Assembly: GCA_017854255.1 (NCBI GenBank)
Contig: JAFMIA010000002.1
Coordinates: 10,639 to 74,638 of the forward strand
Direction: 5' to 3'
Length of the DNA stretch: 64,000 nucleotides
Source: Pseudomonadales bacterium
GTDB lineage: Bacteria > Pseudomonadota > Gammaproteobacteria > Pseudomonadales > Azotimanducaceae
Numbering within the stretch: position 1 is the stretch's first letter; each line of letters starts with the position of its first letter. Made by a program: the position numbers and the translations under genes. The notes beneath the pieces were generated by a model. The model was not told the DNA's origin, made no database searches, and worked only from the letters and a program-made list of their open reading frames with translations. Of this stretch, positions 59,713-64,000 are shown piece by piece.

Positions 59713-61092
59713 ATGACGACAGCACGATTTTTGTTAGCGCTCAGCCTGAGCTTTGCGGCACTTTGCGGCCGAGCTGAGTCGATTGATTTATCCGGGGTGT
59801 ACCAACTCGCCATTGAGAATGACCCGCAATTAGGGGCAGCGGAAGCATCCTTTCTGGCTCAAAGTGAGGTGGTGCCGCAGGCTCGAGCGGGTCTACTTCC
59901 TAGCCTGAACCTGTCCAGCAGTTATTCTGACACCACCAGTCCGTCGTTGCGAGAATTCAACCCGCTGACGGGTACAACCCTCTTTGAAGACACCACCACG
60001 ACCAGTCGATCCTGGCGGGCGGGCTTAGTCCAACCCCTATTCCGTATGGACCGATGGCATCAGTACCAGCAATCTAAAAGTATTAGAGATCAGGCCCAAG
60101 CCGGTTACTCCAGCGAGGCGTTGTCGCTGATTGTTCGCGTCGCTGAGACCTATCTGGCAATTTTAGAAGCCCAAGACGCCTTGGATTCAACCAACGCCGA
60201 ACGCAGCGCAGTCCAAAGGCAGCTTGAGCAGGTACAGCAACGCTTCGATGTCGGCCTCGTCGCCATTACCGATGTCCTGGAGTCCACCGCCAGTTTTGAC
60301 CGTACAACCGTCAACGTGATCGAGGCCGAGGGTGCGCAAGCGCAAAGCTTCGAGCCTTTGATGCGCCTAACGGGCCGCGCGTTTACTTCCGTGCAGGGCC
60401 TCATGGCGGAATTTCCGGTCCGACATCCAGAGCCTCAAAATGAAGCCGCCTGGGTCGCCGCAGCGCTAGAGAAAAACACGACCATTCTGGCGGGCAAAGC
60501 AGCGCTCGCTGTGGCGCAAAAGCAAGCCGCGATTAATAAATCAAGACATCTTCCAACCCTGGATGCCCAGGTGACCTACTCGTCGCAAACCAGTGAAAAC
60601 CCCAGTGCCTTTCAGACCAATCGGTCGGATACCGAAGTTTACGGATTACAACTGACCGTCCCGATCTATTCTGGTGGCGGTACGCGCTCGGGCGTTCGCC
60701 AGTCGGAATACCGGTTGGTTGAGGCCCGAGAGAATCTAGACCTTGCCGAACGCCAGGTCAGTGAGAACGTACGAGGCCTTTTTACCGCCATCAATACGGA
60801 TGTTGCCCGGGTCAAAGCAAGTCTTCGGGGCATTGAGTCTGCGCGCTCGGCCTTGTCCGCGACGGAAACAGGCTATGAGGTCGGCACGCGCAACATTGTC
60901 GATGTTTTGCTCGCGCAACAACGGCTTTATTTATCTGACTTTCAGTTCGCCAGTGCTCGGTATCGTTATATCAACAATACGCTTCGCTTGAAGCAGGTCA
61001 TTGGTCATTTGACCGCTGAAGACCTCTATGAACTCAATCAATTTATTGATGTCGAACGCCTGGTAACCCAAGTTAATCCCACCACTCGATAA
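59713..61092 (+). CDS. tolC: TolC-family outer-membrane channel
   Basis: It has the signal peptide 'MTTARFLLALSLSFAALCGRAES'. 'QQRFDVGLVAITDVLES' and 'ETGYEVGTRNIVDVLLAQ' match the two TolC repeat motifs. The start was moved from the ORF-track 59485. Confidence 0.9.
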   Translation: MTTARFLLALSLSFAALCGRAESIDLSGVYQLAIENDPQLGAAEASFLAQSEVVPQARAGLLPSLNLSSSYSDTTSPSLREFNPLTGTTLFEDTTTTSRSWRAGLVQPLFRMDRWHQYQQSKSIRDQAQAGYSSEALSLIVRVAETYLAILEAQDALDSTNAERSAVQRQLEQVQQRFDVGLVAITDVLESTASFDRTTVNVIEAEGAQAQSFEPLMRLTGRAFTSVQGLMAEFPVRHPEPQNEAAWVAAALEKNTTILAGKAALAVAQKQAAINKSRHLPTLDAQVTYSSQTSENPSAFQTNRSDTEVYGLQLTVPIYSGGGTRSGVRQSEYRLVEARENLDLAERQVSENVRGLFTAINTDVARVKASLRGIESARSALSATETGYEVGTRNIVDVLLAQQRLYLSDFQFASARYRYINNTLRLKQVIGHLTAEDLYELNQFIDVERLVTQVNPTTR

Positions 61093-61110
61093 GAGGCTTC
61101 TCAAAACGTT

Positions 61111-62199
61111 ATGAACCGTTTTTGGATCGTATGCGCCGCGGTCATCCTCGCCAGCGGAATCGGCCTGATGACGGTCAGGGAGGCAGCAACAGCTGCCGCG
61201 CCTGCACCCACCCGTGGCCCATCCCTCACAAATGATGAAACCAACAACATTGAGGTGTTTCAGGCCGCCAGCCCATCAGTGGTTTTTGTGACCAATACCC
61301 AGCTTCGCAGACAACGCTTTTCGCTCAACGTTCTCGAGATCCCGAAGGGTTCAGGAACGGGCTTCGTTTGGGATAAGAGCGGGTTGATTGTGACGAACTA
61401 CCACGTCATCTATGGCGCCAATAAAATCAATATTGCCATGCAATCTGGGCGTCAATATGAGGCAACCGTCGTCGGCACCTCACCCGAAAAAGATATCGCG
61501 CTGCTCAAGATCGAAGCACCAGAAGAAACCTTACAACCCCTACCCCTGGGTGATTCGGATAATCTGGCCGTTGGCCGCAAAGTCCTCGCCATCGGTAACC
61601 CTTTTGCGCTCGACACGACCCTAACCGTTGGCGTGGTGAGCGCTTTGGGCCGGGAAATTAAATCCATGAACAATCGCACGATCTCGAACGTCATCCAAAC
61701 CGATGCGGCGATTAACCCAGGCAATTCAGGCGGTCCGTTGCTGAATTCAAGCGGAGAACTCATCGGCGTGAATACCGCTATTTTTAGCCCTACCGGGGCC
61801 AGTGCCGGGATTGGCTTTGCAATCCCTGTATCCACCGTCAAAAATCTGGTCCCGCAGCTAAAAAAATACGGCAAGCTCTATCGTCCCGTGCTCGGTATTG
61901 AGTCCCTGTCCGATTCTTGGACCAAACGTTTGAAAATCAACGGCGTTGCTATTTTTTCGGTTAAACCGGGATTGCCTGCCGCCAAAGCGGGCCTCATCGG
62001 TATTCGAGAAGACCGGCGCGGTAACATTCATCTCGGCGATGTCATCATTGCCATCGATGGCGAGCCCGTCACCAATGAAGATACGATGCTGTCACTTTTA
62101 GAGCAGCACAGTCCAGGAGACCGTATCGAGCTGACAACCCTGCGAGATGAGACCATTCACACCTATCAGCTTGATCTTGCTGCACCGCTTTCAGAGTGA
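61111..62199 (+). CDS. S1C (HtrA/DegS-like) serine protease with one PDZ domain
   Basis: The catalytic triad contexts are 'VTNYHVI', 'DIALLKI' and 'GNSGGPLL'. A C-terminal PDZ domain contains 'GDVIIAIDGEPV'. Confidence 0.88.
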   Translation: MNRFWIVCAAVILASGIGLMTVREAATAAAPAPTRGPSLTNDETNNIEVFQAASPSVVFVTNTQLRRQRFSLNVLEIPKGSGTGFVWDKSGLIVTNYHVIYGANKINIAMQSGRQYEATVVGTSPEKDIALLKIEAPEETLQPLPLGDSDNLAVGRKVLAIGNPFALDTTLTVGVVSALGREIKSMNNRTISNVIQTDAAINPGNSGGPLLNSSGELIGVNTAIFSPTGASAGIGFAIPVSTVKNLVPQLKKYGKLYRPVLGIESLSDSWTKRLKINGVAIFSVKPGLPAAKAGLIGIREDRRGNIHLGDVIIAIDGEPVTNEDTMLSLLEQHSPGDRIELTTLRDETIHTYQLDLAAPLSE

Positions 62200-62929
62200 G
62201 CGCGCCGCGCGCCTGAGCGGGCATTGCCGCGCCCTTTTCAGATCTAAGCCGCGCCGTCTCGGCAACGACCATTCAATCGATCCTACGGATCTTGTCCTAC
62301 GCGATCAACTACCCGCAAAAGGCGCGAACAAAATCATCGGCCGAGGGCGAATCATTCGCATTCTGCTGCTCTGCAGCTTTTTGAGTTCACTGCCCGGCCA
62401 GGCTGCGGGCGCAGAACGCGTAAGATTGATCGGCGCGGTTCCCAGCGGTTTTGAACGAACCCAGCAGCTTCACTTCGAACACTTTAAAATCGATGAGTAC
62501 ACCGCAAGCGAGCGCCAAGAATCCGTTAAAAACACCCGAATTCGCTTGGAGCAACATCGAGGATCCTTGCCTCTTGATTTGGCTGACACGCTGAAACACT
62601 ATGAATCGGCCAACATGGCGCGATGCCAGGCCCCAGATCTGACGACGATTTTCTCCGGCCTTGAGCAGGGCTATCAGACTTTGGTTATGTTAACGGTCTG
62701 TCCTAAGCGCCCAAGCCTTGCGACCGGCTATCTGCGGTTTACCAAGGCCATTTTGGCAGATGCATTATATTTTGTAGAGATCGAACAACAGGTGCCGCAT
62801 TTCAATCCAGCGGAGGCCGAAAGCCTTCACGGAACCGTCGTATTTTGGACTGACCTGCTCAAACAATTCATTGTTTGCTCGGAAAATAGCGTAACGCCTG
62901 CGTGCCTTACCGTAAGCGCTGACGACTGA
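62147..62929 (+). CDS. Hypothetical protein, probably secreted; start uncertain
   Basis: A signal-peptide-like segment 'RGRIIRILLLCSFLSSLPGQAAGA' sits about 65-88 codons into the only ORF with a canonical start. I recognise no family. Confidence 0.45.
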   Translation: MRPFTPISLILLHRFQSERAARLSGHCRALFRSKPRRLGNDHSIDPTDLVLRDQLPAKGANKIIGRGRIIRILLLCSFLSSLPGQAAGAERVRLIGAVPSGFERTQQLHFEHFKIDEYTASERQESVKNTRIRLEQHRGSLPLDLADTLKHYESANMARCQAPDLTTIFSGLEQGYQTLVMLTVCPKRPSLATGYLRFTKAILADALYFVEIEQQVPHFNPAEAESLHGTVVFWTDLLKQFIVCSENSVTPACLTVSADD

Positions 62930-63005
62930 GTCAGCGCCTAACCCACGCATCAAACGCGCACGGCCTGTAATGATGGGATGTTACTTTGTTTGAGGGGATT
63001 AGCAC

Positions 63006-63731
63006 TTGCTTCGCCGTTTACTCGGGGCCGTCAAACGGCCCTGCCTCCTCTGTAGTCAACGCCAAACCCAAGCTTGCGGCCTTTGCCGCCCCTGCCAAAA
63101 AGACCTGCCCTGGCTCGCCCGCGGTTGCCCGCGCTGCGCAATGCCTTGGCCTCATCATAAAGGCCCCTACAACTGCTTTAATCAGCCCACACGATTCAAC
63201 CGGTGCCAAGCCGCATTTGCTTACGACTTCCCGATCAAACAACTGATCCTTGAATTCAAGGACCAAGGCAATCTCGCTGCGGGCCATGCCCTGGCCCTGT
63301 GCCTTGCTCAACGAATCAAACGTGATGAGACCCCGGGCGTCTTGCCAGATCTGCTAATACCGGTGCCGAGCACCTGGCGAAAGCGGCGAACGCGCGGATA
63401 CAACCCTGCCGCGCTCATCGCCAAAGACCTTGCACAGGCACTCAACCGCCCTTGGACGCCAAAGTTTATTAAGACGCACCCAACCGAGCAGGACCGCAAA
63501 CAGCAGTCAAGGCAGCAACGACTCAATGACGTGACCAACCCTTTTTATATCGCACGCGCCCAAGCAGTCTGCCACGTCGCAATCATCGATGACGTTGTGA
63601 CCTCAATGACCACAGCAAATCACGTAGCCGAAAGGCTTCAGCAAGTTGGTTTTCACAACATTTCACTTTGGGCACTCGCAAGATCCCTACCACCGGGCAC
63701 CAACAAGGGCACCAACACAATCAACGACTAA
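63006..63731 (+). CDS. comF: ComF/GntX family phosphoribosyltransferase-fold protein
   Basis: It has the N-terminal double CxxC 'CLLCSQ...CGLCRPC...CPRC' and the C-terminal PRT motif 'VAIIDDVVTSMTTA'. The start is TTG. Confidence 0.8.
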   Translation: MLRRLLGAVKRPCLLCSQRQTQACGLCRPCQKDLPWLARGCPRCAMPWPHHKGPYNCFNQPTRFNRCQAAFAYDFPIKQLILEFKDQGNLAAGHALALCLAQRIKRDETPGVLPDLLIPVPSTWRKRRTRGYNPAALIAKDLAQALNRPWTPKFIKTHPTEQDRKQQSRQQRLNDVTNPFYIARAQAVCHVAIIDDVVTSMTTANHVAERLQQVGFHNISLWALARSLPPGTNKGTNTIND

Positions 63732-63787
63732 TGATTCCTAAGCCGAGCCTGTGGTAGAGTCGCGCAAGGTTTATAAAAGGAGCGTTC

Positions 63788-64000
63788 ATGGACTGGCAGA
63801 ACATTGACATCAAAACGGCCTTTCGGTCCGATCTGTTGGCACCCGACACGGTTCAAAACGCGCACTACATCGTCGTATCCGATGGCGAGATCTTGGGCTG
63901 TGATACGCACGATCGTTGGCAGCCCTTAAACGAAGATGAGCTGCATTGGAGTGGTATAGCTTCAGAGTCAAGGCATTTCCTGGGCTGGGTGGACAATGCC
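63788..64000 (+). CDS. Hypothetical protein, 3'-truncated by the window edge (possibly the NudC-type NUDIX N-terminal domain)
   Basis: My own translation from ATG 63788, behind AAGGAG, gives 'MDWQNIDIKTAFRSDLLAPDTVQNAHYIVVSDGEILG...FLGWVDNA'. The frame is open to the window end. The function is only a guess from the pattern. Confidence 0.4.
   Translation, partial: MDWQNIDIKTAFRSDLLAPDTVQNAHYIVVSDGEILGCDTHDRWQPLNEDELHWSGIASESRHFLGWVDNA

Noticed and set aside
1-64000. A search for tRNA, rRNA, tmRNA, CRISPR repeats, IS elements or inverted terminal repeats, integrases, phage genes, toxin-antitoxin pairs and known defence-system signature proteins.
   Set aside because: I recognised none. All intergenic regions are under 290 bp. 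There are no spaced direct repeats and no recombinase or transposase-like ORFs. I see no obvious compositional island by eye. I cannot compute GC skew or k-mer statistics here.

Overview
The window looks like core chromosome of a gammaproteobacterium. The dsbD-aroQ-(accBC)-prmA-DUF3426-dusB-fis-purH-purD order matches the Pseudomonas-type arrangement as I remember it. GC is moderate to high. By my hand-made gene calls it is about 95% coding. Many genes are coupled by start/stop overlaps of the ATGA, GTGA or TTGA type.

I call about 58 protein genes:
- Housekeeping: apaH, cca, purD/H/N, fis, dusB, prmA, aroQ, nadE, ctaA, mpl, argS, folA, ileS, tolC, an htrA-like protease and comF.
- A pyrophosphate-energy pair, H+-PPase plus a PPi-type phosphofructokinase.
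- A five-gene Yej/Opp-type peptide ABC importer.
- Three acyl-CoA dehydrogenases.
- Several oxidoreductases.
- A cytoplasmic hybrid histidine kinase.
- A handful of uncharacterised envelope proteins.

I found no tRNA, rRNA, CRISPR array, transposase, integrase, prophage or recognisable defence island. I therefore cannot support a claim that a new multi-gene defence or mobile system lies here.

The observations most worth following up are:
1. An operon at 45.8-49.1 kb. It couples a fungal MTD1-type monofunctional methylene-THF dehydrogenase to an FchA-type cyclohydrolase. A CBS-less SIS protein and an orphan lipoprotein flank the pair.
2. A eukaryote-like type-2 IleRS.
3. A hybrid kinase whose receiver domain has Glu in place of the phospho-acceptor Asp.
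4. A conserved syntenic block in which accBC are missing and DsbD is reduced to its N-terminal domain.
5. Two perfect or near-perfect tandem repeat arrays between fis and purH.

Start codons are often ambiguous because the ORF track allows TTG and GTG. The text says where I moved a start.
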